In this document: positions 27,426 through 36,820 of the stretch, one piece after another
How positions within the stretch are numbered: the stretch's first letter is position 1
Layout: each line of letters begins with the position of its first letter
Assembly: GCA_052035405.1 (NCBI GenBank)
Contig: JBPOHQ010000004.1
Span: 70,687-134,686 of the forward strand
Reading direction: 5' to 3'
Source: Candidatus Nomurabacteria bacterium
GTDB taxonomy: Bacteria; Patescibacteriota; Minisyncoccia; Phycocordibacterales; UBA9973
DNA: 64,000 nt
The notes under the pieces: generated by a model
Database searches by the model: none
Seen by the model: the letters and a program-made list of their open reading frames with translations, nothing else
What the model was told of the DNA's origin: nothing
Made by a program: the position numbers and the translations under genes

Positions 27426-28892
27426 TTATTTATCTTCATTTCTTGGTTTCATCAGTGGGAAAAATACGGTCTCACGAATAGATTCACCTGCAAGCACTGC
27501 AAAAAGTCTTTCTCCGAAACCGAAGCCACAAGTCGGAGGCATACCGTGTTCGAGCATCTCGACGAATTCCCATTCAGGCATCATTGCTTCATCATCCCCT
27601 CGTTCTATGAGACTTTGTTGTAATTCAAATCTCTCTCTTTGGTCAACTGGGTCATTGAGCTCAGAGAAACCATTACCGAGTTCAGATCCTGCGATGAGTG
27701 GCTGAAATCTTTCTGTTAGTTCTGGATTACTTGGTAAAGACTTTGAAAGTGGAGACACGATCTTTGGATGATGCACTAGGAATGCTGGTCCTGAGATAGT
27801 CTTTCTGCAGTATTTCCAGAGTGTATCTATGAGTCTTTCTTTGTTTGCACCATCGTATTTTATTCCTAATTCCTGTGCTTTCTTTTCCATTTCAGGAAGA
27901 GTTGCAGACAAAATATCAATACCTGTTTTTTCAAGTACAGTGTCTCGATAATCAATCCTAGGCCAAGTATCAGCTAAATCAAACTCATGTCCTCGAACTG
28001 AGAATTTTGTAGTGCCAAAAACTTCTTGTGCAATGTACTTATACATTTTCTCTACAAGTTCCATACCGTCTTTATAATTCGCATATGCCCAGTAGAATTC
28101 CATATTGGTAAATTCTTGTAAGTGATCAGGGCTAGACCCTTCGTTTCTATACACTCGTCCGATTTCAAAAGTCTTTGGAAGGCCTGCAGCCATTAACCTC
28201 TTTTGCCATAGTTCTCCTACAGAGATGCGAAGATACACAGGCATGTCATAATCATTGTGATGAGTTTTGAATGGTCTTGCTTCTGCTCCACCTGTGGTCA
28301 CCTCAAGGGTTGGAGTTTCTACTTCTAGAAATCCTTCAGAGAGCATGAAGTCTCGAGTTGCTTTCCAGAATTTTGATTTCTTTTCTAAAATCTCTCTCAG
28401 TTTTTCATTCGTCAAAATATCTAGATATCGCTTTCTGTATCTCTCGTCGTCGTCAGTAATTCCATGCCATTTTTCTGGAAGAGGGAGAAGTGTTTTTGTG
28501 AGCATTCGCCAATCACGAGCCTCACATGTTTTCTCACCTCTCTTAGTTGTAAAAAAAGTACCTTGTATTTCAATAAAATCTCCTATGTCTACCGTTTCAG
28601 AAAATAAATTTAATTTCTCTTCGCCTATAACGTCTAATTTAAGTAGTCCTTGGAAAGAAGCTGTACCATCATTAAGAGTCACAAACACAATAGCACCCTG
28701 TCCACGGATAGACATAATACGTCCAGATATCCATTTTAAAGATGTTTCCTTTTCTAGTTGTTCAAAATTCTCGACAGCTTGAGTGAGAGATAACTCTCTT
28801 TTTGACTCAGCAGGAAAAGGATTAATACCTTTTTCCTGTAAAAGATTTAATTTTTTAAGTCGAGCGTCTTTAATTTCATCTATTGAAGACAT
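27426..28892 (-). CDS. lysS: lysine--tRNA ligase (class II)
   Basis: 488 aa; N-terminal OB anticodon-binding domain, class II motifs (FEIGRVYRNEG motif 2, GFGFGERL motif 3). Confidence 0.9.
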   Translation of the reverse strand: MSSIDEIKDARLKKLNLLQEKGINPFPAESKRELSLTQAVENFEQLEKETSLKWISGRIMSIRGQGAIVFVTLNDGTASFQGLLKLDVIGEEKLNLFSETVDIGDFIEIQGTFFTTKRGEKTCEARDWRMLTKTLLPLPEKWHGITDDDERYRKRYLDILTNEKLREILEKKSKFWKATRDFMLSEGFLEVETPTLEVTTGGAEARPFKTHHNDYDMPVYLRISVGELWQKRLMAAGLPKTFEIGRVYRNEGSSPDHLQEFTNMEFYWAYANYKDGMELVEKMYKYIAQEVFGTTKFSVRGHEFDLADTWPRIDYRDTVLEKTGIDILSATLPEMEKKAQELGIKYDGANKERLIDTLWKYCRKTISGPAFLVHHPKIVSPLSKSLPSNPELTERFQPLIAGSELGNGFSELNDPVDQRERFELQQSLIERGDDEAMMPEWEFVEMLEHGMPPTCGFGFGERLFAVLAGESIRETVFFPLMKPRNEDK

Positions 28893-28924
28893 ACGTTATA
28901 AATCGCATTTATGCGAATAAAGAT

Positions 28925-29392
28925 TTAGAAAACTTTTATAATTTTATATTTAACTGATCCTTTTGGTGTTTCAAAAATAACGGTATCTCCTTTTTTCTTA
29001 CCAAAGAGAGCTCCTCCAAATGGAGAACGGTTTGAAATTTTTCCTTCTGCCATACTTGCCTCTTCAGACCCGACAATGTTATAGGTAATTTCTTTATCAG
29101 TTCCTTCTTTAATGACAACAACTTTAGAGCCCACAGAGACCGTATCTCCACCGCCGCCAGTTACCACAGTTGCGGATTGTAGAATTTTTTCTACTACTTT
29201 TATTCTTTCTTCAAGTTTTCCTTGATCTTCGCGAGCATTGTGATATTCTGCGTTTTCTGACAAATCACCAAGCGACTTCGCGTATTCCAAAATTTCGATT
29301 ATTTCTCTTCTTTTTGGGCCTCGTAAATCTGCTAATTCTTTTTCTAAAGCAATCTTTTTTTCTTCTGTTATGTAATCTCCTGTTTTATCCAT
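28925..29392 (-). CDS. greA: transcription elongation factor GreA
   Basis: 155 aa; N-terminal coiled coil with acidic tip and C-terminal FKBP-like domain (TYNIVGSEEA...SPFGGALFGKKKGD). Confidence 0.85.
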   Translation of the reverse strand: MDKTGDYITEEKKIALEKELADLRGPKRREIIEILEYAKSLGDLSENAEYHNAREDQGKLEERIKVVEKILQSATVVTGGGGDTVSVGSKVVVIKEGTDKEITYNIVGSEEASMAEGKISNRSPFGGALFGKKKGDTVIFETPKGSVKYKIIKVF

Positions 29393-29499
29393 TTAATGAA
29401 TAGTACCTTTTTTTTGCTTAAAAATCAATTATACTTAAAAGTAGCTTATTCTTACTTGATGGACTTGCAATACGTATAAGTTATGCTAATATATACCAC

Positions 29500-29727
29500 A
29501 TGGCAAAAACAGTAATAGAAGTGAAGAAAAACCCAAACGAAAACAATATGAGTATATTGCGTCGTTTTTCTCGTAAAGTTCAAGAATCAAATATAATACA
29601 AAAAGTGAAAGGCTCTCGCTATAATGAAAGAAAAGAGTCTAAGATTAAAGTAAAAAAAGGAACCCTAAAGAGACTCGGTAAAAGAAAGGAAATGGAAAAG
29701 CTACGAAAGCTCGGTAAAATTAAATAA
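29500..29727 (+). CDS. rpsU: 30S ribosomal protein S21
   Basis: 75 aa very basic; ...LRRFSRKVQESNII...RYNERKESKIKVKKG... fits the S21 pattern. Confidence 0.7.
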   Translation: MAKTVIEVKKNPNENNMSILRRFSRKVQESNIIQKVKGSRYNERKESKIKVKKGTLKRLGKRKEMEKLRKLGKIK

Positions 29728-29740
29728 GACTAAAAATGGT

Positions 29741-30193
29741 ATGGAAAATAGTATCTCTATTTTAAACCAAACAAAAGGCACGTTGCCCAACGTGCCTTTT
29801 GTTCTATTAAAAGATGATATCCTAGGAAAAAAATATTCTCTGTCTATAGCGTTTATCGGAGAAAAAAAATCTAAAGAAATTAATTTTAAATATAGAGGTA
29901 AAAATAATTCTACTAACATACTCTCTTTTCCTCTATCTAAAACAGAGGGTGAAATTTTAATTTGCCCAAATGTAGTCAAAAAACAACTAAAATTATGGAA
30001 TAAAAATTACAGAGATTTTACAGGATTTCTAGTTATCCACGGCATGCTTCATTTGAAAGGAATGGAACATGGGGCTATAATGGAGAAAGCAGAGAAAAAA
30101 TATGATCAGAAATATTTCTATAGGAATAGACGTCGGAACAACCACGACCAGAATAATAGTTGGAGAATTACTAAAAGGACAACAAAATCCTAA
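29741..30193 (+). CDS. ybeY: rRNA maturation endoribonuclease YbeY
   Basis: H-x3-H-x5-H zinc motif (HGMLHLKGMEH); 3' end overlaps ftsA by 92 nt. Confidence 0.75.
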   Translation: MENSISILNQTKGTLPNVPFVLLKDDILGKKYSLSIAFIGEKKSKEINFKYRGKNNSTNILSFPLSKTEGEILICPNVVKKQLKLWNKNYRDFTGFLVIHGMLHLKGMEHGAIMEKAEKKYDQKYFYRNRRRNNHDQNNSWRITKRTTKS

Positions 30194-31265
30194 TATTATT
30201 GGAGTTGGTGAATATCCTACGACAGGCATGAGACACGGATATGTCGTGTCTTTTTCTGATGTTACTAAATCGATACGTAACGCAGTTGCTATGGCTGAAA
30301 AAACTTCTGGAATAAAAATAAAAAAAGCTTTTGTTTCTATTAGTAGTGTTACCCTACGTGGAGATGTGAGTACTGGCTCTGCTATTATTTCTAAGGCTGA
30401 TAATGAGGTAACAGTTCTTGATGTTAATAAAGCACTTTCTGAATGCGAAGAAAACTTACATCTGGGAAACAAAAAATTAATCCACACATATCCAATAGCA
30501 TTTAAATTAGATGGAAAAGAAGTGCATGGCCGAGTTGAAGGAATGCGTGGCACTAAGCTTGAAGTTAAAGCACTTATGGTAACTTGTTCAAATCAACATT
30601 TTGAAGACCTCATCAGTGCCATTGCTGAAGCTGGTATAGACATATTGGATGTCATTGCTTCTCCTATTGCAGGTGCTCATATCGCCTTATCTAAAAAGCA
30701 AAAAATGGTGGGTGGGGGCTTGGTGAACATAGGCTCGGAGACCATGTCTACCGTCATATTTGAAAACGAAGTCCCCATAGCATTACACAATTTTTCTATC
30801 GGTGGTTCGGATATTACCAACGATCTCGCTCTGGGTTTTAAGACCACACTCGAGCAAGCAGAAAGTATAAAACTTGGAAATAACACACAAGCTTTTCCAA
30901 AGAAAAAAGTAGACGAGATAGTGGGAGCACGACTAACTGATATGTTTGAGCTCGTTGAGAATCATTTAAAGAAAATAAAAAGGTCAGAACTCCTTCCCGC
31001 AGGAGTAGCCTTCATTGGCGGTGGAGCAAAAACTTCTGGACTTGAAGAGTTATCAAAAGAATACTTAAAACTTCCTTCACGTATTGGGGACACTGATTTT
31101 TTTGGAACTGCAAAACCAAAACTTCGCGATCCAATGTGGTTCGTAGCACTCGGACTTATCTTGGTTGGTAAAAATAACACGAATTACTACGAAGGAACAT
31201 TTTCAAATTTCTTGAAAGATTTAAAACACATACTCAAAGGGAGCCTTAAGCAACTTTTGCCATAA
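30102..31265 (+). CDS. ftsA: cell division protein FtsA
   Basis: Actin-fold start ISIGIDVGTTTTRIIVGE, 387 aa, directly upstream of ftsZ. Confidence 0.85.
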   Translation: MIRNISIGIDVGTTTTRIIVGELLKGQQNPNIIGVGEYPTTGMRHGYVVSFSDVTKSIRNAVAMAEKTSGIKIKKAFVSISSVTLRGDVSTGSAIISKADNEVTVLDVNKALSECEENLHLGNKKLIHTYPIAFKLDGKEVHGRVEGMRGTKLEVKALMVTCSNQHFEDLISAIAEAGIDILDVIASPIAGAHIALSKKQKMVGGGLVNIGSETMSTVIFENEVPIALHNFSIGGSDITNDLALGFKTTLEQAESIKLGNNTQAFPKKKVDEIVGARLTDMFELVENHLKKIKRSELLPAGVAFIGGGAKTSGLEELSKEYLKLPSRIGDTDFFGTAKPKLRDPMWFVALGLILVGKNNTNYYEGTFSNFLKDLKHILKGSLKQLLP

Positions 31266-31386
31266 AATAATCACCTAGAAAGGGTATTTGTCAAGGATTT
31301 CCCTTTTTTTGTTTTCTGATATGATTATACCTATATAAGTTTAACGTTTTTATTATTTAACATATGCCAGAACACCTTTACGGTCT

Positions 31387-32640
31387 ATGGCTGAAATCAA
31401 CATTATGCCCAAAGTAAACCCAGAAATAGAGAGCTTCGCTCGTATCGTCGTCATCGGAATTGGAGGTTCTGGAAAGAACGCTGTAAACCACATGATCAAC
31501 TCCAAAGTTAAAGGAGTGACTTTCATTTCAATGAACACAGATACTCAAGACTTACACAATTCACTTGCTGAAAAGAAAATTCATATTGGAAAAAATTTAA
31601 CTAAAGGTCTTGGTGCTGGAATGAATCCTGAAATCGGCAAGAAAGCAGCCGAAGAAACAAAATCAGAAATTCAAGATGTTATTAAAGGTGCAGATATGAT
31701 ATTCATCGCATGTGGTATGGGAGGAGGTACAGGTACTGGTGCTGCTCCTATAGTCGCACGATGTGCAAAAGAACAAGGAATACTAACTGTCGCCGTAACT
31801 ACAAAACCATTTTTCTTTGAAGGTAATCACCGAACAAAACTAGCAGAAAAAGGTATTGAAGAATTAGCAAAAGAAGTAGACGCTATTATCGTAATACCTA
31901 ACGACAAACTTCTTCAAATGGGAGATAAAAATACAAACTTCAAAGATGCTTTTGCTACTTGCGATAATGTACTCCGTGAAGCTGTAGAAGGTATCTCTGA
32001 TTTAATTACTACCCCTGGAATCATTAACGTAGACTTTGCAGATATTAGAGCCATCATGTCTGATGCAGGGTCTGCACTCATGGGTATCGGTATTGCTTCA
32101 GGTGAAAATAGAGCTGAAAATGCTGCAAGACTCGCTATCAATTCCCCACTTCTTGAAGTATCTATTCATGGAGCAAAAGGAGTGCTTTTCGCTATTTCAG
32201 GAGGGGATGATATTACTATAAATGAAATTCAAGAAGCAGCAAAGATAGTCACCGAATCAATAGATAAAGATGCAAAGGTTATCTTTGGGACTATTCATGA
32301 TGAAAAAATGAAAAAAGGTGAAATAAAAATTACTGTAATAGCCACAAACTTCCCTACTGATATGCATAGAAAAAATCTTTTTAGTTCCGTAGCTCAACCT
32401 ACTCAAGCACAAAAAGAAATAGTAAGGGAAGAACCAATTATTCCTGTAACAAAAAAAGAAATTCACAACTCAATACCTACAATGAGTTTAAATAACACAA
32501 ACAGTACCGCTACCCCAATCAACAACGACTTCATGAAAAGGATGGAAAAGAAGCCAGAACCAGTAGAAGAAGTAATTATAGACGACGACACAGAAGACTG
32601 GAGTGCTGTTCCAGCATTTCTCAGAAGAAACAAGAAATAA
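31387..32640 (+). CDS. ftsZ: cell division protein FtsZ
   Basis: Tubulin signature GGGTGTGAAP, T7 loop NVDFAD, extended C-terminal linker and conserved C-terminal peptide. Confidence 0.92.
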   Translation: MAEINIMPKVNPEIESFARIVVIGIGGSGKNAVNHMINSKVKGVTFISMNTDTQDLHNSLAEKKIHIGKNLTKGLGAGMNPEIGKKAAEETKSEIQDVIKGADMIFIACGMGGGTGTGAAPIVARCAKEQGILTVAVTTKPFFFEGNHRTKLAEKGIEELAKEVDAIIVIPNDKLLQMGDKNTNFKDAFATCDNVLREAVEGISDLITTPGIINVDFADIRAIMSDAGSALMGIGIASGENRAENAARLAINSPLLEVSIHGAKGVLFAISGGDDITINEIQEAAKIVTESIDKDAKVIFGTIHDEKMKKGEIKITVIATNFPTDMHRKNLFSSVAQPTQAQKEIVREEPIIPVTKKEIHNSIPTMSLNNTNSTATPINNDFMKRMEKKPEPVEEVIIDDDTEDWSAVPAFLRRNKK

Positions 32641-32661
32641 TCTCCAAATATTTGACGTATA

Positions 32662-33606
32662 GTGTATAATACATACATGAAATACGATTTAATTATTATA
32701 GGTGGTGGACCTGCAGGAACTGCCGCTAGTGTGTATGCTGCACGAAAAAGACTTAAAACATTACTCATACTCGCTGAATGGGGCGGACAAAGTATTGTTT
32801 CTGAACAGATCTACAACTGGATCGGCTCTCCTTCTATTTCTGGAAATGAATTAGCTGAGAACTTTAAAAAGCATGTGCTTGCAAATGTGGGTGCGGATTT
32901 AGAAGTTAAAGAAGGAAGCAAGGTCACAGATATCTCAAAAAATACAGAAAGTACCTTTACCATATCTACTGATACGGGAGAAACTTTTCAAACCAAAACA
33001 ATACTCATCTCTGCAGGATCTGGACGTAGAAAATTAGTTGCAAAGAATGCTGATACACTTGAACACAAAGGACTCACCTATTGTGCTTCTTGTGATGGCC
33101 CACTTTTCTCTGATATGGATGTAGTAGTTATTGGCGGAGGAAATGCTGGTTTTGAATCAGCATCTCAACTACTCGCATACTGTAAGTCTGTGACCCTTTT
33201 ACATCGAAGTGACACCTTCCGTGCAGATGAAGTAACTGTAGAGAAGATATCTAAGAATCCAAAGTTTAAAGCCATAAAAAATGTAGACATACTTGAAGTT
33301 CAAGGAGATAAATTTGTCGAAGGTATAGTCTACAAAGATAAAATCACAGGAGAAGAACACACTCTTCCCGTCTCTGGAATATTCGTAGAAATAGGACAAA
33401 TACCAAATACAGATTTTGCAAAAAATGTACTTACATTAGACGACATAGGACGCATCAAGATAGATCCATGGACAGGCAAAACAGATGTACCTGGTATCTG
33501 GGCTGCTGGAGACTGTACTAATGTGCTCTATCATCAAAACAACATCGCTGCTGGTGATGCTGTACGGGCACTCGAAGACATATATCTTGCGATACACGCA
33601 AAATAA
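32662..33606 (+). CDS. trxB: thioredoxin-disulfide reductase
   Basis: FAD motif IIGGGPAG, redox-active CASCDG, NAD(P) motif VIGGGNAG. Confidence 0.85.
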   Translation: MYNTYMKYDLIIIGGGPAGTAASVYAARKRLKTLLILAEWGGQSIVSEQIYNWIGSPSISGNELAENFKKHVLANVGADLEVKEGSKVTDISKNTESTFTISTDTGETFQTKTILISAGSGRRKLVAKNADTLEHKGLTYCASCDGPLFSDMDVVVIGGGNAGFESASQLLAYCKSVTLLHRSDTFRADEVTVEKISKNPKFKAIKNVDILEVQGDKFVEGIVYKDKITGEEHTLPVSGIFVEIGQIPNTDFAKNVLTLDDIGRIKIDPWTGKTDVPGIWAAGDCTNVLYHQNNIAAGDAVRALEDIYLAIHAK

Positions 33607-33612
33607 TACTAC

Positions 33613-34767
33613 TTACACGTGCGTATGATTAGCATGCGAAATAGAAGCAACTCCTTTATAATTTTTCAATACATATACAGCAAGTAATGTTGTAATTGGA
33701 ACAGTTAAGATCAAACCGATACTGCCTACTACTGTTCGTATTATTTCAGTTGCAAAAATTTCTTGATTAATTACACTCACACCTAAAGAATTTGAAGAAG
33801 AAAATAGTAGGAGCAAAGGGAGTGAGGCTCCTGTATACGCAAGTGCTAATGTGTTTACCAACGCTCCTACATGCTCTTTACCTACACTGAGAGCCTTTTT
33901 ATATACTTCTTTTTTTGAAAGATTAGGAGCTGAGTTGTATAGCTCCCGTACAACTGCAGCTTGAGTGACAGCTATATCGTCTAGAACCCCAAGAACTCCA
34001 ATCATTATGCCACCAAGGAGGAGCCCGGTAAAATCCAGTGTACCTCGAGTATTTAAGTTTAAATAAAAAGCTTCTTCTGTAGCAAAACCTGTAAAACGAG
34101 CCAAGGTCACACCAAGGTACGCAAGAATTCCAGTTAAAGTCACTGCAATCACTGTACCCGTAAACGCAACCGTTGATACTCGATTAAAGCCATGGGTAAG
34201 GTAGATAGCAAGGAAAAGAATAACGGTAGCCACAAAGACACTCGTAAGAATAGGAGGATACCCGTGCAAGAGGGCTGGAATCAAGAGATACACAATAACG
34301 AAGAAACTTCCCAAAAGTCCAAGAAGTGATCTTACTCCTTGCTTACCAGAAAACAACAAAACAACACCTATAAATAAAGCAATAAAAAATAGTATTACAG
34401 GTATACGATTAACATCTCTGACAGAGTAAATCTCTCTACCATCGATACCATCAATGCTATGATACAAGAAAAAAGTATCTCCTTCTTCAAGGGAAACATA
34501 ATCATTTTCCAAGGTTACTTCTAACCCCTTCTGCTCGCCTTCTAAAATTTCTACTTTGATAGTTTGATTTAAACTTTCTATGCCTGTATTTACGATATCT
34601 TCTGTGCTTTCACTCAAGACATCTATAACCCTTGTCTTTACAATCTCGGTTTTATCTTGGACAAGCTCTTGTGAGTAAACCAACGGTGCCACAAAAAAAG
34701 CACTTAAAAGTAATATAGCGAGAGAGAATAAAATTCCTTTTCTTTGAGACATTAGTTTTTTGAACAA
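33613..34767 (-). CDS. YibE/F-family polytopic membrane protein
   Basis: 384 aa; N-terminal signal/TM, extracytoplasmic ~110 aa region, then 7+ TM helices; overlaps fur by 16 nt. Confidence 0.5.
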   Translation of the reverse strand: MFKKLMSQRKGILFSLAILLLSAFFVAPLVYSQELVQDKTEIVKTRVIDVLSESTEDIVNTGIESLNQTIKVEILEGEQKGLEVTLENDYVSLEEGDTFFLYHSIDGIDGREIYSVRDVNRIPVILFFIALFIGVVLLFSGKQGVRSLLGLLGSFFVIVYLLIPALLHGYPPILTSVFVATVILFLAIYLTHGFNRVSTVAFTGTVIAVTLTGILAYLGVTLARFTGFATEEAFYLNLNTRGTLDFTGLLLGGIMIGVLGVLDDIAVTQAAVVRELYNSAPNLSKKEVYKKALSVGKEHVGALVNTLALAYTGASLPLLLLFSSSNSLGVSVINQEIFATEIIRTVVGSIGLILTVPITTLLAVYVLKNYKGVASISHANHTHV

Positions 34768-35183
34768 GCATTACAGATCCCAAATAAATCGAAAGAGTGA
34801 TGTTTGATTAATTTAAAATCCTTAACTTGTTTTAGTGCTTTAGTAATTAAAATATCAGCATCACAACCCGTAAAGTCAGATATCTTTTTGCATGAGAGAC
34901 ATATAACGTGATGATGATCCTCTATATGATCTGCTATTTCATATTGAGCTTCTCGCTCTCCGGTATTTACTCTTTTGATTAAACCTTTTTTCTCTAAAAC
35001 ATCCAATGTTCTATATACAGTCACTTTGTCTGCTTTATCTTTTTTTAATTTTTCAAAAAGAATGTTCGCTGATATTGGTTTTTTTGATGTTAGAAGCAAC
35101 TCTAAAAGAGCCACACGTGGCAACGTTTTTTTCAATCCAGCCTTATTTAATATAGCTTCAGTTTCATTTAGTTTATCTTTCAT
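34752..35183 (-). CDS. fur: Fur-family metalloregulator (Fur/Zur/PerR)
   Basis: 143 aa; winged-helix VTVYRTLDVLEKKGLIKRV, HHHxxC metal site, two CxxC pairs (CLSCKK..., CNACSK). Confidence 0.85.
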   Translation of the reverse strand: MKDKLNETEAILNKAGLKKTLPRVALLELLLTSKKPISANILFEKLKKDKADKVTVYRTLDVLEKKGLIKRVNTGEREAQYEIADHIEDHHHVICLSCKKISDFTGCDADILITKALKQVKDFKLIKHHSFDLFGICNACSKN

Positions 35184-35284
35184 ATATAAATACTAGTCTT
35201 TTTGGAGGTAAATGTAAAATACCTGTACAACATTAAATGCAATTTACTTGCGTTTATATACCTATATGTTATATTAAATATAAA

Positions 35285-35299
35285 TGCAATTTTATTGCA
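35285..35299. promoter_or_regulatory. perfect 6-3-6 palindrome TGCAAT-TTT-ATTGCA (candidate Fur-family operator) in the fur divergent promoter region
   Basis: Read directly; a related half-site repeat AAATGCAATTTACTTGC lies 35 nt upstream (35236-35252). Confidence 0.45.
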
Positions 35300-35336
35300 A
35301 TTGTTCATTTACAGTTTAACAAAAAATTCATAAGTC

Positions 35337-36137
35337 ATGTGCAAAAAATGCGAAATTCAAGGAATTACTATGGAGTTAGAATTCTTAACCATCCCCTCTT
35401 TAAAAAAGATGGAACAAAAACTTTCCCAAATAAAAGCATGGGAAAATCTTTTTAAATCAGGTTGGCACGAAGAAGATTTAATCCAAAGGGCTTATGCTCA
35501 CCTGGTGTGGACTATGCGAGAAGCAGAAAAATGCAACCAACCTCATTGGGTAACCAACGCTCGAGCGTTTTTATCAGCGATGGCAAAAGGTTTTTTAAAC
35601 CCTTTTAATCCAGAACAATTCAAACCCAAATCAGGAGATCCGAACTTTTCTTTCAAAATGGCTGTGGTGTCCGCAATTTCTGAGGCGTCAAATTTCTACG
35701 GCAACAGATGCCCTTCAGTTCTCTGGAACTCATTTGTCTACTTGGGTACACGAGAAGATCCAGAAGAATCGCGTTCGATCCTGAAAGAAGCCTCAGAACT
35801 CCCCCACCACTATGCCATAGTGGATACCATGCTTCATGCTAGTGCAAAATGTTACAAACTCCTACTTACAGTGCAGAGTTTTATGTACAAAAAAACGGGT
35901 ATGGTTATTGACCACAATTGCGATTGTAACTGTTCTCTGGTAAATTTACTCACTGGTACTGGTGAAATGGCTGTGATGTTCAAAATCAAACCCGAACAAA
36001 TTTTTGAAGCAACGCAAAGTGCTTTCACGCACATGCTTGCAGAATCGCATTTGATTTTGAACTGTAAGCTTCCTTTTGAATACACAGTCACAAAAGAAGC
36101 GGGGTTGCTTGAAGGAATTAGTGTAAGGGAAAATTAA
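35337..36137 (+). CDS. hypothetical Cys/His-rich protein
   Basis: 266 aa, no known family; CKKCE near N-terminus and DHNCDCNCS cluster near C-terminus; divergent from fur. Confidence 0.45.
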   Translation: MCKKCEIQGITMELEFLTIPSLKKMEQKLSQIKAWENLFKSGWHEEDLIQRAYAHLVWTMREAEKCNQPHWVTNARAFLSAMAKGFLNPFNPEQFKPKSGDPNFSFKMAVVSAISEASNFYGNRCPSVLWNSFVYLGTREDPEESRSILKEASELPHHYAIVDTMLHASAKCYKLLLTVQSFMYKKTGMVIDHNCDCNCSLVNLLTGTGEMAVMFKIKPEQIFEATQSAFTHMLAESHLILNCKLPFEYTVTKEAGLLEGISVREN

Positions 36138-36215
36138 TATTCCCTTCGAACAATTTTAGCTCCGCGACCTCTCAAGGACGCGGAGCATTTTATTAAATTA
36201 ATTATTTTAAATATT

Positions 36216-36551
36216 ATGGAATTACTTTTTACAACTTCTGCTATAGCGGGAGGCTCAGTCTTATGGCGTAACTGGCTAGAGCATCACGAAGGTTGGAAAA
36301 ATTACATAAAGAAAGCTCTAGGATCCTTGGATAAGGTTCTTTTATGTGGTTCATGTTTTACCTACTGGCTATCTTTATTTGCTTTATGTTTTATTAATCC
36401 CTTTCTTGAATTTTCAGAACAATTCAACTCAAAAACTATTTTCTTTATAGCTTCTTGGATGGCACTTTCTTATCTTTCTGTATTCTTACGTTTTGTTTAT
36501 ATTTTAATTCAAGAGACAGTTAGTGAAAAAGTACATAAACATACACATTAA
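36216..36551 (+). CDS. hypothetical small membrane protein
   Basis: 111 aa, 3 TM helices, His-rich C-terminus (KVHKHTH). Confidence 0.4.
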   Translation: MELLFTTSAIAGGSVLWRNWLEHHEGWKNYIKKALGSLDKVLLCGSCFTYWLSLFALCFINPFLEFSEQFNSKTIFFIASWMALSYLSVFLRFVYILIQETVSEKVHKHTH

Positions 36552-36820
36552 TCTGAGTAAAAATAACTTCTCCTAAAATTATGACTTATATCGAGTTGGA
36601 GAAACTGACACAATACATGTATTCTTTTTCTTATTCCTGAAATTGAACAGCGTATTTTGCCCGACTGTTTTCAGCAAAATTAATCCATTTTTGATATCCA
36701 TCACCTAAATACATGAACTTAGCAGGAGATTCCGCTCGAGAGTCTAAAGCAGAAAGCAATTCAAGTTCCTGGATTTTATTTAAAGCATGGGGCATGTTTT
36801 TATTATATATTTTCCAAATA

